Source: Epithemia pelagica
Lineage: Eukaryota > Protista > Bacillariophyta
Length of the DNA stretch: 64,000 nt
NCBI GenBank assembly: GCA_946965045.2
Contig: OX337229.1
Coordinates: 6,271,244-6,335,243, forward strand
Direction: 5' to 3'
Shown here: positions 41,001 through 45,400 of the stretch, in pieces
Layout: each line of letters begins with the position of its first letter
Position numbering within the stretch: position 1 is the first letter of the stretch
Translations under genes and position numbers: made by a program
The notes under the pieces: model-generated
Database searches by the model: none
The model's input: only the letters and a program-made list of their open reading frames with translations
What the model was told of the DNA's origin: nothing

Positions 41001-42565
41001 AAAAAACAAGGGTGCAAGCCGAAGCTTCTGTTGCTCCCATACCAGTATGTGAAATGAGTGAAAGTCTTCAAAAAGACGTTTCATCATTACCATCAGCTTT
41101 TCCTGAAGTCGCGGCCTTGGTACCTCACAGGTTCGATTCTGATATGGCGACTTTCGTTGTGAGAAAACCATATGGCGCTGAGACTGACCAAAGTATTTGG
41201 TTCGAGAACGGGGAACTTGGGGCTAAAGTTTACCAGCAACATGCATCAGTACACAATGTGAACACTATCGAGGTTGTTGCACAAATTCATGTCGATGGGT
41301 CCAAATTTCTACTTCATGGGCATGGTTCAATTCGTCACGGTAGTTCAGACGGAGTGTGGCGTGATTACTCTGGCCAACAGCCATATGGTGACGATCTGAA
41401 CGAACTGGGCTATGTGTCATGCGTCGACAAAGATGGAAACGACAGCACATATTCTCTTGATGAACTGTATGAACGTGCTCTATCGATTCGTGAACGTTAT
41501 TGCAACTCGCTGCTTTTGGCGGCAAGAGAACTTTCGGAAAAGGAAGAAAACTCAATGGACCCAAGTAAGGAAAACCTGCCATCAATGGACTATTCTCAGC
41601 AAGAGCCTTTTTCAGGTAATGAAACTTCCGAACACGACGCGGCACACACCGAACCGTTTTGTGAGTTGGACGATAACGAGGAGAGACGAAATGCCGATGA
41701 CGCCGTCGACCTTGCGATGCCAATCGATCAACCCAAGTTGGTTGAAGATTTGGCTCCCATGTCTACATCCATGAAATCAGCCATCAAACAATTGGAGCAT
41801 CTTCTTTCTATGAGAGACGCCAAAGTGCTGGCTTCAAAGAATCCCTCGGGAGGGTCAGCTCATTTGTTACATGATGTCCCAGCTGGAGACGATGCCGTTG
41901 GTACAGAGGGGCTTGTGGATATTAGCACTGCAGGAGAATCCTCCCTGTCTGACAGCGACACCCATGTGTCAGCCAGTCTTGTACAAAATCAATCGCAAGG
42001 ATCACCTCAAGTTTCGCTTGCAGTTGTAGAACAGTTGCCACCAGTATCGCCATCCATGAAAGCCTCGATGATGCAGTTGTCGCAGCTTCTTCGTGACCGT
42101 CATCTGGATGGTTTTCACGCTATGGCTGCGGCATTTGACCCACCAACTGAACAGGATACACACACTGCTTTGGATTCTCTTGAGGGATCTCATGTCGAAA
42201 ATGAGATAGGAGGATTGGACGAAGAACCTAGCAATGTTCAAAACACGCCACAGATCCAGAATGTACCAATCCCGAGCACTTCACCAATGCCATCTTTGAT
42301 TGACAAATGGCACAAGTTCTCCAAGTCGGGTGACGTACGTGGAGTCGATGGCGCAACCTTAGCTGGAACGAAAGCTGGAGATTTGGCTTCCCCGCAGGAA
42401 GGGACCAAATCTATGGCATCTGACTCTATTGTACAAGGGAGTTCTTCGACCAATGATCCCGTGGATTGTGAAATGGAGGGAAACCCATCCACATGCCTGA
42501 ATGGAGATGCAATATCTGATGTTATGGAACATGTCACTGGCGAAGGAGAATCACCCAGTGTCTAA
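17033..42565 (+). CDS. Giant, apparently intronless repeat protein (up to 8510 aa): N-terminal hydrophobic/signal segment, Thr/Pro mucin-like region, one TM helix and a very long acidic Ser-rich tail with tandem repeats
   Basis: 25.5-kb frame with no stop. Hydrophobic segments FGFVWLVVWLSVLGTAAVAAV (~17440-17500) and LALVVICGSILVYLLPFTVSLVYA (~19634-19705). True start uncertain (ATG 17059 or 17363). Confidence 0.8.
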   Translation: MQFFCEIEKMVSSPLLQPPPQPLKRRRRQPPSTNHNHNNNRGRQEDHPLWFECQNRNDNNHKNLCTNHWNGWWFCFFHNPDDKCPGGIGPCRRLEGDRVWNSNKKGIRAEMTGNTTKTTIRRRRSRNRHETPLYGRFGFVWLVVWLSVLGTAAVAAVTTHDEPQQAQEEGHAQEQTRQRRLGRGMMGATPPPSPPLSPTTRRSSRRIGSSSSSSPPELVHSQQTQTQPHKKQPQQQPQGYIRRANRALRDSQKPRHDDNDTNESTTTTTTTTTRHTRRNLRSSSSSSSLSIPRANSNHKSDKNHDHKVPEQRSTNIRRKRRKSDTTNHSPAGTNNHNNTSNSSVTTTTTTIQQQQRALRRPSNRHANAERVLLTTNTTHRIYFDAVQVQINMVLPIACTDAGAATVRNAAQVVLHTVLVDTAANDTNTTTCETQWNQLQLVLFPNASSATTTTTTTRDWTPVDLIVGVPGTCLNNQNATSNMWIELPGGVLEYETTRVIPLVVNDSLVEAQASALVQDCVESILGSTAMVSELQSSYAFVSGVQVVPDPTLAPSVQPSAVPTASVAPSTTAPTITPTTVPTMTAPTTAVPSRSPTTAPITAIPTTSRPTTSAPVSSPSLVPTTSPVASTNVPSERPSEQQALLQPSPTAAPSQTAATSTTVPTSSSTVPPTNNRPTTTMPTPQGSSSSTTQMPTSAPSSSTTTTTPSSPNVPTAPPTPTPSLVVVPNVPTALPTQPSTGTDFPSFSATRGSPSPTATTAVPTTTPSSVPTVIQNLPPSSGGTGTTPTTPTVPPSSLGMTKAPTNLPSTVPSSVPSLHPEQTPVVVAQQQGTNDDDEFDEQVAVSDRTNEIAASNNDNDKDGRWSPRRLALVVICGSILVYLLPFTVSLVYASARTQYQKAKTKKEEQEKQQQQMLLLQAGNVRLDDQDDSSSSSSGTSLVVEHLLHRDDRHGPDGAAGSSLDTSYTYESFPSMVSLSGNSKKNDDGKTRRGRRQTKNKKQFPRQVQREQQAQQEGERPEQRPMAGTTTTTSRSIHFHASPTDERDDRFELEEDGQTVESVTIRHSNRALDHDPMHDYFDITTDEDDEDVIESEESEEEQFYDELMEPARRHTVVPIGLGTLPNRTLERNQDSLQSSRRALQPEERMQKAPTHNPPFHPKPEATKPLRYEENKDAVLYQKANDYLGRPAAGSKDELVTSNTSMREKQQLPLQEAGRHGYALAAHDKDQIALVESAEFTSPSEHDISDRTANHSIEASESPIKMRYPQRHSIGARPPDDDGKILLVDTVMMQPSYFDDKDTEKMEPLTTPESVPQPSSPWLVQLQRRRHSCAGNLEQPKTSSSSSSSSSSPGDKTTEVMKQSPLVPDKQASIEEDADGAESIASIHPLAAAQVIPGTETSWAHLSFGQMSAHPSPRSTSLLRSPDDDTTTSSASDWMSPASPHLSRQQSPRSKPDQGAETTEVIVSSPTQQVHVEKRSVGTLTNLLHQISKRQMENYPHMVTAQEGSSEGSASDSNSSDTSNLHIHVGSVSLNEDGVEHSEPALRASLQQNNEMLVLQSSESQKMDESGSDSDESQSRGYFMGVDQTTSKGQKSADKVDDAESIVSIEPPTVTGATPGTETSWAHLSLGQLGSKSPPTPTSSLLGNKTAPGDESPQRSASSWISSDSPQQRSVQGSLRPELDGNRSERQAVTSLRRGTQRPTGNLTNLLRELSLRDMENSGKNSHQIAMAALSQNVSNSSDSTGLHIDLASVSTTDHSEHHESLLQATLQQSNDMLILRSGIDESSSFGENSVGESDFLPTDEKSELLHPGSSALDVDPTSSVRFEESTHLSSGISPRSEQTSNYATDLSNAPNSRDTMVVLGQPSPREISSQTYDSCSVDSPLVDIHSVSSMDQSSAMSQSSMPQDTHTRRLNYEPVGDPIISSSDMDGTVADTTDSPLKNDDLPRNDEADIAITASQSSGLQPRIDDTSADEKLRLEEQKSLVLGKTLKDAKSLDNNHKDICETNVVLDDPISDGSERRHSHDGMSSQHSPEKPIHYWQRPYARSMEHMLITDQEMEQVDGSLSHTNSDSPYHMTLIPQTSHDLSEIAQDNEQLLSEKDRANPSSVLHESSVPNASSEQDTFSLSVCGDETADGDHQQPLVVYESAPPQTSPLESRTDQVVDSDNDNIDDEYRCGQTELKFFEEEPPFARQKEGAVAFDDVSTNETADGDHLPPLGVSESAPPTQTSPLESRTDQRGDSDNFNDSIDVEYKRGQTELKLHEEEPVALFDDFTKQVDERVHDIDEQRGFENNTEKANFLSEMVLESNAMAILDEMLDSDAKGGTCDSPSLSEDDHNAFGDELSNSKPSGDTESPVEFAESPETIIAYSDHQQEDENDGNISVPQSLCAALLSPVAMEKTSGNQHHHEDKEEDLVVNEENENQILNISRDSLNEMSAQHSPEHPIKYWQRPYARSMEDGVVPDHGTEEDDRFWSTSSNESTGLPDMERGPETGEHLLNSSLNDKVHQPVDQNANSKPNKAVIDFMNSENEPTDDVGAFQHSSPSLDSGNSSSSPVVAYKTSHDETDPENIEHGMLHMNQTLTLSNTQASLHDGPQHLREKSEGQDAINSTSQLQDEEQKKGTIVNDSRSPMPYPEDIAINSSLDSQHHRQHEDKQMQGARQEIDSSTTTSGVVSIQDSQTTSVSEPSQNDYPEKDTSQAFSLLFPKPSLMHSDSSSMHPDTWDDNGESNVMVPLKPLSSSAEDNETSAEPNDREESSEASFVPLDDMSIRASNKKDNNPPNARAPLSPQVLPARDSESFDTSDGESQSIETSFVPLDDLSVRPSSMDDRNEPNQQIALLSPIFPTAQHTDSMAEKDAGTQSSETSFVPLDDMSVRPCSSENTFHQEVMEPTLQPSSASQDTMASVEVEEKSQSSEPLNESEGKGQSSDTSFVPLDDSFMLAETEGNKFEPNLMTRLSPVGNEALAETEAKGQSSDTSFVPLDDSSMLADTEASKFDPNAIVPTSPPVSSYGEIEYMTHTDEPGESNDVYPIPWGNSVSDENDEQVLDKDWNEAGHVATDDEEEVVKVIEVDDVNPSISSFASSSLSTWNDGDSNEVSSQKNDASNHNSGTWHSPRSSAPSSLGHSNNSDNSSYDTPVDSDPIPNTSSSFMDCFNVLGKLGGHTPSEGSGSSSSSFEGSSSSSSNSTVSHHKNDTMTDDDVEDPPLDMSLESLSEPNLNGSLTPSVLSETARTIDERERAEHNKTTASTEQLEDPSLHRNSLCSGGASVASSSQEFSGSSQHPRATENDSYADTVSFDDGVSSTTTMELLQGEAIFLPSPLPSTNKQDGKNDDRGVSPLAHSLVMARKAANAARGNAAHGGEGSSSLPTSDDEQDKTDINQNLKGASSTSASSLSFSMSSIWTGGYLSYSSGSTRRFAMDLPLPDSDHDSYNAGDDAGDQDLTFLSTPKPRYDRGDVRDDWSDSGLGYVSPSGLSLAASTTNSELFAVSVADEEAASAPASPAIEHVVPQSRLKQDAPASSVGNLFAFPVADEETASTPAFPAVEQAVPQPRPKQDAPASSIRNLKMDQRNSNNDENEHGEWPQVSERNIIGDALSPQAPTSLQLDSLHLLDQQERPQPKQEQPSVEDKKFLPEAPLNSSSHAHPPAASTDEEDDDPLVVSSFSSDYSGSDQEEDVQDDANVNIPDQNASTPPGSTNPVATIDQTPSFNDDQQQKGETQLDQASTAVAAPSSPTANRQEAKVCPLDVFDAMGGASEKLTMPLSPESDPESESPRHWMEAEDMDASIQQWYHHESISDVSSAIQQALQAQERKNDDNNYEAFQANESDSFIEEEVLDEEDVTEEEILEEVIEDHQAEDDVLEEVIVEEHAEGEEILEEEIIEELVSSSFLDMGSFIEEVILEEDEAEVLNELADTVISPLKQDEKTKEPLSPVRESQGLENLAPVSPQMGASIQRWENQFVDKVQEEIHDPVAADVGSMLDNETRKDMVSDTPGNNLVEDMRQEKDLDTALESAPSVESMSNTELPLSPVSEPNAMVDLAPISPQMNSVLRQWENRFADNAEAQIQDHANAEASRARTETETVMDSYTLEEDLMEDEMEHDDELDGVLESITASIESYQALEIPLSPVSEPEEMMDLAPISPQMNSVIQQWENRFAKNDEDDTHHADDDDEAIESRSAGSSVMEEDLEDDDEFEAISRSMEPTDDLAQPESPIADPEGMLELTPMSRETSALIEDWDNLRQQQTQLATSDAPGGLGQEEEPLTDTADASSRSIESYESVTASQTSLAESEGLMDLAPISSQMNNSIQLWESFVADNSQEINFDHSSPAVEVPPDDVENDMASIPADMSSQTSLSESEGLMDLAPISSQMNNSIQHWESFIAGNSQEINFDITSPTVEVPHDDVENDMASIPADMSSQTSLSESEGLMDLAPISSQMNNSIQHWESFVADNSQEINFDHSSPAVEVPPDDVENDMASIPADMSSQTSLSESEGLMDLAPISSQMNNSIQHWESFIAGNSQEINFDHTSPAVEVPHDDVENDTVSIPADMSSQTSLSESEGLMDLAPISSQMNNSIQHWESFIADNSQEINFDNTSPTVDKSRPEEKNHAETKSQSAAANEEVGKNELEDINSSMETNESLAQPTSPASEPESLVDHNPGSSEIDAAIRRWENRFAEDATWDDGKIVGEKTKVMKQSPESDQDPRDETFLDGPELSSAARSIPHEFEYESVRFVVRRPYGAEMDQALWFENGQLGAKVYQQHASAHSVETIEILGLRDADGSKFVLYGHDTIRHGTQDGVWSKSSDNHIKLENKEEEQHDAKNPTPPLDEHYQRAISIRIKYCTTLLSAATKMSPTDAYSPIQPDVGSDKDDSAKKAVSVMSDVTDQKRKSRMSTLMAPADEKQNDGNSKHPTSLVPKVKTRDMPPFLDKLKKRTVPSNEKSVATSPIVPVRDDDTDVATRVGNGALSQRDAGSPSKPTTPEQEKQNDEDSKHPTSLVPKVKTRDMPPFLDKLKKRTVPSNEKSVATSPIVPVRDDDTDVATRVGDGALSQRDAGSPSKPTTPEEEKQNDEDSKHPTSLVPKVKTRDMPPFLDKLKKRTVPSNEKSVATSPIVPVRDDDTDVATRVGDGALSQRDAGSPSKPTTPEQEKQNDEDSKHPTSLVPKVKTRDMPPFLDKLKKRTVPSNEKSVATSPIVPVRDDDTDVATRVGDGALSQRDAGSPSKPTTPEQEKQNDEDSKRPTSLVPKVKTRDMPPFLDKLKKRTVPSNEKSVATSPIVPVRDDDTDVATRVGDGALSQRDAGSPSKPTTPEQEKQNDEDSKRPTSLVPKVKTRDMPPFLDKLKKRTGNEKSVATSPIVPVRDNDTDVAICVGDGALSQRDAGSPSKPTTPEQEKQNDEDSKHPTSLVPKVKTRDMPPFLDKLKKRTVPSNEKSVATSPIVPVRDDDTDVATRVGDGALSQRDAGSPSKPTTPEQEKQNDEDSKRPTSLVPKVKTRDMPPFLDKLKKRTVPSNEKSVATSPIVPVRDDDTDVATRVGDGALSQRDAGSPSKPTTPEQEKQNDEDSKRPTSLVPKVKTRDMPPFLDKLKKRTGNEKSVATSPIVPVRDNDTDVATRVGDGALSQRDAGSPSKPTTPEQEKQNDEDSKRPTSLVPKVKTRDMPPFLDKLKKRTGNEKSVATSPIVPVRDDDTDVAICVGDGALSQRDAGSPSKPTTPEQEKQNDEDSKHPTSLVPKVKTRDMPPFLDKLKKRTVPSNEKSVATSPIVPVRDDDTDVATRVGDGALSQRDAGSPSKPTTPEQEKQNDEDSKRPTSLVPKVKTRDMPPFLDKLKKRTVPSNEKSVATSPIVPVRDDDTDVAICVGDGALSQRDAGSPSKPTTPEQEKQNDEDSKRPTSLVPKVKTRDMPPFLDKLKKRTGNEKSVATSPILPVRDDDTDVATRVGYGALSQRDAGSPSKPTTPEQEKQNDEDSKRPTSLVPKVKTRDMPPFLDKLKKRTVPSNEKSVATSPIVPVRDDDTAVATCVGDGALSQRDAGSPSKPTKPEEEKQNDEDSKHPTCLAPKVKTRDMPPFLDKLKKRTVPSNEKSVATSPIVPVRDDDTAVATCVGDGALSQRDAGSPSKPTTPEEEKQNDEDSKHPTSLVPKVKTRDMPPFLDKLKKRTVPSNEKSVATSPIVPVRDDDTAVATCVGDGALSQRDAGSPSKPTTPEEEKQNDEDSKHPTSLVPKVKTRDMPPFLNKLKKRTGNEKSVATSPIVPVRDDDTDVATCVGDGALSQRDAGSPSKPTTPEQEKQNDEDSKHPTSLVPKVKTRDMPPFLDKLKKRTVPSNEKSVATSPILPVRDDDTDVATRVGDGALSQRDAGSPSKPTTPEQEKQNDEDSKHPTSLVPKVKTRDMPPFLDKLKKRTVPSNEKSVATSPIVPVRDDDTDVATRVGDGALSQRDAGSPSKPTTPEQEKQNDEDSKHPTSLVPKVKTRDMPPFLDKLKKRTVPSNEKSVATSPIVPVRDDDTDVAICVGDGALSQRDAGSPSKPTTPEEEKQNDEDSKHPTSLVPKVKTRDMPPFLNKLKKRTVPSNEKSVATSPIVPVRDDDTDVATCVGYGALSQRDAGSPSKPTTPEEEKQNDEDSKHPTSLVPKVKTRDMPPFLDKLKKRTVPSNEKSVATSPILPVRDDDTDVATRVGDGALSQRDAGSPSKPTTPEQEKQNDEDSKRPTSLVPKVKTRDMPPFLDKLKKRTVPSNEKSVATSPIVPVRDDDTDVAICVGDGALSQRDAGSPSKPTTPEEEKQNDEDSKHPTSLVPKVKTRDMPPFLDKLKKRTGNEKSVATSPILPVRDNDTDVATRVGDGALSQRDAGSPSKPTTPEQEKQNDEDSKHPTSLVPKVKTRDMPPFLDKLKKRTVPSNEKSVATSPIVPVRDDDTDVATRVGDGALSQRDAGSPSKPSTPEEEKQNDEDSKHPTTSLVPKVKTRDMPPFLDKLKKRTVPSNEKSVATSPILPVRDNDTDVATRVGNGALSQRDAGSPSKPTTPEQEKQNDEDSKHPTSLVPKVKTTDMPPFLDKLKKRTVPSNEKSVATSPIVPVRDDDTDVAICVGDGALSQRDAGSPSKPTTPEEEKQNDEDSKRPTSLVPKVKTRDMPPFLDKLKKRTVPSNEKCVATSPIVPVWDDDTDVATRVNDGALSQRDAGSPSKPTTPEQEKQNDEDSKHPTSLVPKVKTRDMPPFLDKLKKRTVPSNEKSVATSPIVPVRDDDTDVATRVGDGALSQRDAGSPSKPSTPEEEKQNDEDSKHPTTSLVPKVKTRDMPPFLDKLKKRTVPSNEKSVATSPIVPVRDDDTAVATCVGDGALSQRDAGSPSKPTTPEQEKQNDEDSKHPTSLVPKVKTRDMPPFLDKLKKRTVPSNEKSVATSPIVPVRDDDTAVATCVGDGALSQRDAGSPSKPTTPEQEKQNDEDSKHPTSLVPKVKTRDMPPFLDKLKKRTVPSNEKSVATSPIVPVRDDDTDVATRVGDGALSQRDAGSPSKPTTPEQEKQNDEDSKHPTSLVPKVKTRDMPPFLDKLKKRTGNEKSVATSPIVPVRDDDTDVATRVGDGALSQRDAGSPSKPTTPEQEKQNDENSKHPTSLVPKVKTRDMPPFLDKLKKRTVPSNEKSVATSPIVRAEHGGTPWNVSETKPVDGFCVLSDELKSESTVIDAIDRNPIFACSQRNSLHESFSEHTFEVREDGQLLSFIDLSISDGGDESKRDNRVVDMSSRRNSITSVASLGDPTRLDERFVSVVALDDLEPDNGSKTSENESATFLKQPPQSDDENSFSEEEIMECEEEAVLRTAGVEVLPLCHGHDSFVEEEISETEEERLISEFNGNESFIEEEICELDDGFKPPGFNGNESFIEEEISETDDVVSPRTHLPVSPETPLSETATSLDMWDQVKELDLDCSSESLEDQSVSMDSVETETSEEDMFEEVIEEEVLDDEGSFFKSPSKATEKKQLMLLSPISEVTSDDSVEATPKGIIQKTRVQAEASVAPIPVCEMSESLQKDVSSLPSAFPEVAALVPHRFDSDMATFVVRKPYGAETDQSIWFENGELGAKVYQQHASVHNVNTIEVVAQIHVDGSKFLLHGHGSIRHGSSDGVWRDYSGQQPYGDDLNELGYVSCVDKDGNDSTYSLDELYERALSIRERYCNSLLLAARELSEKEENSMDPSKENLPSMDYSQQEPFSGNETSEHDAAHTEPFCELDDNEERRNADDAVDLAMPIDQPKLVEDLAPMSTSMKSAIKQLEHLLSMRDAKVLASKNPSGGSAHLLHDVPAGDDAVGTEGLVDISTAGESSLSDSDTHVSASLVQNQSQGSPQVSLAVVEQLPPVSPSMKASMMQLSQLLRDRHLDGFHAMAAAFDPPTEQDTHTALDSLEGSHVENEIGGLDEEPSNVQNTPQIQNVPIPSTSPMPSLIDKWHKFSKSGDVRGVDGATLAGTKAGDLASPQEGTKSMASDSIVQGSSSTNDPVDCEMEGNPSTCLNGDAISDVMEHVTGEGESPSV
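18680..19490 (+). repeat. Pro/Thr/Ser mucin-like (PTxxPT) stalk upstream of the TM helix of the giant ORF
   Basis: Translation shows VPTASVAPSTTAPTITPTTVPTMTAPTT and similar motifs. Confidence 0.8.
29864..30812 (+). repeat. 201-bp / 67-aa coding tandem repeat, ~4.7 copies
   Basis: Unit SSQTSLSESEGLMDLAPISSQMNNSIQHWESF...ASIPADM; equivalent positions 30065 and 30266 differ by 201 nt. Confidence 0.9.
31715..39942 (+). repeat. 246-bp / 82-aa coding minisatellite, ~33.5 copies, with 240-bp and 249-bp length variants
   Basis: 34 AATGAAAAAT (NEK) landmarks from 31830 to 39912. Spacings are 246 nt, or 240 nt (7 times, KRTG instead of KRTVPS), or 249 nt (twice, HPTTS). Confidence 0.97.
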
Positions 42566-43387
42566 CTGGCGACTGACGGGCCATTGAATGTCTTGCCCGC
42601 GTCCGCCATTATACCCATAGAAAAAGGAGAACCAACCTGCATCTAGGGGAGGTGCATTAAACGCACACATTGAAATGAGATTGAATGCTGGGACGCCTGC
42701 TCCAAGCACGTGCTAACAGCAACAACACGGGGATAGAATTCACAATGTGTTGTACGGATAGATAGTACGGGGGGATGTACTACGCATGTTTGTTAAAATA
42801 CTATGTAACATGATGTGAGTCTATACTTGAGCAAATTGCACAATAGAATGCACTCGTCCTCATGTCTCCAAGTTCAAGGATCCAAATCCGGAAAAGTTTC
42901 GTCATTTGGAAGGACTGAAACGAAGACGATTGATTCACAATGACTTTCGTGCGATCATTACAACCTATGGAATCTCGAAATAGAATGGAATCGCATTGAC
43001 TTTCTCAGGGGCTGTGTCCACGTCGAGTGTTTTCGAGTTCTGCATGTGACAGGATTTCGAAAGAGGAGAAAGAGAAGGCTCGCCCCGCGCTTGTGTATCG
43101 AAGAAACAGTACAAAGCATCGGTCGCATCTTTCTTGTGCTCCGCACGTCGGGTGGTGCGAAGTACGAACACTATTTGCATATTGCTCGATGGGACCGAAT
43201 AAATAATGTTGTGGTGGTTAAAAGATCGGCGGGCGGGCCGGGCCGTTGGTCACGCTAGCGTGCCTTCAGTCGCTTGGCGACGCAGTATTATTTCTCTCTG
43301 GAATGCGCCTTCATGGTTCATGGTGCTCACTTTTCTTGAGTAAAGTGAGTTGTGTGTATCTCTCTATATAGAATCTTTTGTGTTTCC

Positions 43388-44800
43388 ATGTCTGCACCAG
43401 CAGAAGAGTTCATCATGACACGTTCCAGTCCAACAACCAAACGTAATAGGTTTTTCACCAATTGCACCAAGCCTAGGCTGATGGCTTTCGTTTTTATTGC
43501 CTGGGTGTTCCTTCTTCAGATTGCAAATCTTTCTTTCTTTTCGGGCGCGATTGTCACTTACAACAATCAATCTTCCTCCTTTGCCGCAAACCCGCCCACA
43601 AGGAAGGGGTCGTCCATTCTGGATGACGACAACAAGACTTTGAGTGCTCCTCCGCGTGCTTCTGCAAACGTGGTAAATGATACACCCATCGGGGAGAAAA
43701 CACAGTCGTTGCCGCTTCCTTCTGCTGGCTTGCGCCTAGATTGGACGCAATTGGACCTGCACTCATCCATGGCCAAACGAATCGCCGCTCATCAAAGTTC
43801 TTGTGACCTACCCGAGGCAATATTTCCATGGCGCAACGTTGCTGGAATGGGCAGTGATTTCACCCTGTGGTCGTATGCCATGTGCAAAGGCTTGCAGCTG
43901 GGTCAGCGCCTCATCTCTCCTCGACCGTGGATTCACTGGAGCCAACTCAGCTGTCCCAGCAACGACAGCTCGGCCATGACGTGCTACTTTCCACAATCTG
44001 AAGATTTCTGTCCCAGACCGGACGAGCAGCCTGTCGCCAAGAAGGACGACAACACAAGCCATCCTCCACGCTCTCAACTAAGAATTCAACCAGATGGAAG
44101 AGTTCGCGATGAATGCCGATCTACTTTACAGCAAGCAAACCTCACCATAAAAGATTTTGTCGGATCGGCCACGGAGTTTTTGTTTTCAAGTCTTTCTCCC
44201 AGAGTAGTCGACTCTGCCGTGGAGAGGCTCCCACTGGTCTTTCCACCTCATGGCATTGTGCCACCCAATTTGATCACCGTACACATTCGATGGGGAGACA
44301 AAGCAAGGGAAATGCATTTAGTGGACATTCATTCCTACATTGATGCCTGTCATCAGATTCTACAACGACGCAGAGACCAAGTCACAGGGTCTCAGGGTAC
44401 GAACAAGACCAACTTGGCGAACAGTGCAGCCATTTACACCAACAACAGCGGTAGCAGCCAGGACGAAGATCCGGTGCACATTTATTTGGCCACGGAAGAT
44501 CCAACTGCAATTCAAGCCATGCGTGAGAACATGCCATCGCATTGGAACTTGTATGTTGATCCCTATGTCAACGAGTTTTCCCAATATCGTCAAACGAGCT
44601 TCAATGGGAATGCCAAAATGACCAAAGCTCACAGAGGAGCACCGGCATTGTCTGGATTGGCATCACTCCTCATTGCCATGGAGGCCAACGACTTTGTTCT
44701 GACTACAAGAAGCAACTGGAGTCGACTCATGAATGACATTCGACGTTTCATTGTGCAACACCACTTTGCAACCACCGTTATTGACTTGCGGCACAACTGA
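43388..44800 (+). CDS. Type II membrane GT23 / alpha-1,6-fucosyltransferase (FUT8/NodZ)-like glycosyltransferase
   Basis: N-terminal TM (LMAFVFIAWVFLLQIANLSFF). Motifs ITVHIRWGDK, IYLATEDP and LLIAMEANDFVLTTRSNWSRL match fucosyltransferase motifs I-III by eye. Confidence 0.72.
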   Translation: MSAPAEEFIMTRSSPTTKRNRFFTNCTKPRLMAFVFIAWVFLLQIANLSFFSGAIVTYNNQSSSFAANPPTRKGSSILDDDNKTLSAPPRASANVVNDTPIGEKTQSLPLPSAGLRLDWTQLDLHSSMAKRIAAHQSSCDLPEAIFPWRNVAGMGSDFTLWSYAMCKGLQLGQRLISPRPWIHWSQLSCPSNDSSAMTCYFPQSEDFCPRPDEQPVAKKDDNTSHPPRSQLRIQPDGRVRDECRSTLQQANLTIKDFVGSATEFLFSSLSPRVVDSAVERLPLVFPPHGIVPPNLITVHIRWGDKAREMHLVDIHSYIDACHQILQRRRDQVTGSQGTNKTNLANSAAIYTNNSGSSQDEDPVHIYLATEDPTAIQAMRENMPSHWNLYVDPYVNEFSQYRQTSFNGNAKMTKAHRGAPALSGLASLLIAMEANDFVLTTRSNWSRLMNDIRRFIVQHHFATTVIDLRHN

Positions 44801-45162
44801 GTCTCCTTCCATGCGTGCCAAATGAGAGAATCAACTCTCTGTAGTTGCACTCTTGCTCCAGGGGATCCGCCCTTTGTTGATTTTCTTCGTATTAGATGAT
44901 GCCATAATCGGAAACAAGTGTAAAGTAGCTTTCCGTAAAGAATTTCCTTTTTTATGAACATCTATTTTACGGTTGCTTCTAGTACAAGTTTCCTCTAGGT
45001 AGCTGCCGTTCGCAATGGTGATCAACAAAATGTCAATGGCAGTTCCATCGAAGGAGGAGTAAGTAGTGGAAACAGCCTCTCAGCCCTCCTCGAGAGCCAG
45101 GGCTTTTTGTTGAGACAACTTTTATCGATACGATTGCTCCATGTCGAGCTTTGGCCAGTCTG

Positions 45163-45400
45163 CAAAGAAGCACTGTACATGAAAGCTTTAGTGAACACAT
45201 GTTGGACTGCCATGATGGTGACCAGGTGCTCTCATTCATCCATGTCGTATTGATTTCTGACGACGGAGAGAAGTATTCAATCGGGACAATAACGTCGTGG
45301 ATATGAGTTCCCGAAGCATCTATTGTTGTCGCCTCAGACCGACAGTGGGTCCAAATGTGGAACCAGTGAGAAAATATTGATTCACAATGACTTTCGTGCG
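45163..45400 (+). pseudogene. Degenerate duplicate of part of the giant ORF (~40082-40347) joined to a copy of its downstream flank (42930-42953)
   Basis: 23-nt identity GTCGTGGATATGAGTTCCCGAAG at 40208 and 45294; catgaaag(t/c)tttagtga shared; 24-nt identity TTGATTCACAATGACTTTCGTGCG at 42930 and 45377. Confidence 0.8.
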
